Assembly (NCBI GenBank): GCA_041752435.1
Contig: JBGSWM010000031.1
Span: forward strand, 1-24,301
Length of the DNA: 24,301 nucleotides
Reading direction: 5' to 3'
DNA from: Minisyncoccia bacterium
GTDB taxonomy: Bacteria; Patescibacteriota; Minisyncoccia; Phycocordibacterales; UBA918
Below are positions 23,216 to 24,301 of the stretch, piece by piece. Made by a program: the position numbers and the translations under genes. Position 1 is the stretch's first letter. Each line of letters opens with the position of its first letter. The notes under the pieces were generated by a model. The model did no database searches. It was not told the origin of the DNA and was given only the letters and a program-made list of their open reading frames with translations.

Positions 23216-23980
23216 ATGTCAACAAATACCAACAATTCAACACTTATCGAACGCCTCTTCAGTGTAGGTGCTCACTTTGGTTTTAAAAAGAGTCGCCGTC
23301 ATCCAACTGTAGCGCCGTATCTGTACGGCACAAAGGAGGGTAATGATATCTTCGACCTTGAACAAACGGCTACACTGGTTGCTACGGCAGCTGAAAAATT
23401 AAAAGAAGCTGGTCTTCTCGGTAAGACAGTATTGTTTGTCGGTACTAAGACTGAGGTAGTTACTTTGGTCAAAACCGCAGCGGAGAAAGTGGCTATGCCT
23501 TATGTTACTAATCGTTGGATTGGCGGCATGCTAACAAACTTTTCTGAAATCAAGAAAAGAATCAATCGTCTCGGTGAACTTGAGAGCGGGACTGCTTCAG
23601 GGGAACTAGAACGTAAGTATACCAAGAAAGAGAGAATGGTTTTGGGTCGCGAGGCGACAAAACTTGAACACAATTTTAAGGGTATCAGTGCTCTGACTAA
23701 AACTCCAGATCTGATGGTGGTGGTTGACCCACGTCACGATCATATTGCTATTAAGGAAGCGAGAGTAATGAAGGTTCCAGTGGTAGGTATTATGAGTTCT
23801 GACTGTGATGTTTCGCTGGTTGATTTTCCGATTTTGGTAAATGATTCTCTAAAGGGCAGTGTGTCAGCGGTACTAGAAGAGTTGACCAAGGCCTTGGCTG
23901 AAGGTCAGGCGGCTTACGTACCAAAACCAGCCCCGACTCGAACCGCCGTAGAAACTCGACCGCGAACACCACGTGCCTAG
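23216..23980 (+). CDS. rpsB: 30S ribosomal protein S2
   Basis: GAHFG, VLFVGTK, YVTNRWIGGMLTNF, PDLMVVVDP, DFPILVND. Confidence 0.96.
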   Translation: MSTNTNNSTLIERLFSVGAHFGFKKSRRHPTVAPYLYGTKEGNDIFDLEQTATLVATAAEKLKEAGLLGKTVLFVGTKTEVVTLVKTAAEKVAMPYVTNRWIGGMLTNFSEIKKRINRLGELESGTASGELERKYTKKERMVLGREATKLEHNFKGISALTKTPDLMVVVDPRHDHIAIKEARVMKVPVVGIMSSDCDVSLVDFPILVNDSLKGSVSAVLEELTKALAEGQAAYVPKPAPTRTAVETRPRTPRA

Positions 23981-24031
23981 ATGTTAGAATGAAGTGTTCT
24001 TTAGTAGAAGTAAATAAGTAATAAATCAAAC

Positions 24032-24301
24032 ATGGAAATAACTTCAGTTCAACTAAAACAACTGCGCGATCAAACTGGTATCTCTGTGATGCAGTGTAAG
24101 AAGGCTCTTGAGGAAGCTGGTGGTGATATGGAAAAGGCGGTTATCATCCTTAAAAAGAAGCGTAGCGAAGCCGCTGACAAAAAGTCAGATCGTGAACTTG
24201 GTGCTGGAGCCGTCGGATCTTATGTGCACAATACTAATGAAGTAGCGGCCATGGTTCTCTTGGCTTGTGAGACAGACTTCGTGTCAAAGAATGAAGAGTT
24301 T
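24032..24301 (+). CDS. tsf: Elongation factor Ts (3'-truncated by the window; not in the ORF track)
   Basis: MEITSVQLKQLRDQTGISVMQCKKALEEAGGDMEKA...LACETDFVSKNEEF; canonical rpsB-tsf order. Confidence 0.95.
   Translation, partial: MEITSVQLKQLRDQTGISVMQCKKALEEAGGDMEKAVIILKKKRSEAADKKSDRELGAGAVGSYVHNTNEVAAMVLLACETDFVSKNEEF

Noticed and set aside
12489-24029. Short overlapping ORFs within the housekeeping genes (e.g. 14462..14758, 17921..18241, 19442..19756, 20124..20561, 23790..24029)
   Set aside because: They overlap well-supported genes on another frame or strand and have no family motifs.

Overview
Bacterial chromosome segment, most likely from a Patescibacteria/CPR (Parcubacteria-like) genome. 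This is inferred from giant Thr/Ser-rich exported proteins, split transketolase, short RF1, type-B L31 and the absence of Shine-Dalgarno motifs. TGA is used as a stop, so genetic code 11. The left 14.2 kb is a cell-surface block: the 3' end of a fibre-like protein with a phage-type self-cleaving chaperone motif, a cytoplasmic sulfotransferase, a 2409-aa exported protein with three Cys-rich beta-propellers inserted into a repeating scaffold, an intergenic pair of 77-bp structured repeats with compensatory base changes, and a four-gene WxL/chaperone-pilin-like cluster. The right 10 kb is housekeeping: gap, rpiB, rpe, split transketolase, a PfkB kinase, rplY, a coiled-coil lytic transglycosylase, rpmE (type B), prfA, rpsB and partial tsf. 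Many of these genes have a -10 box only 5-11 nt before the ATG. No integrase, transposase, reverse transcriptase, cas gene or complete tRNA/rRNA was seen. All family assignments come from motif recognition by eye; no database searches were run.
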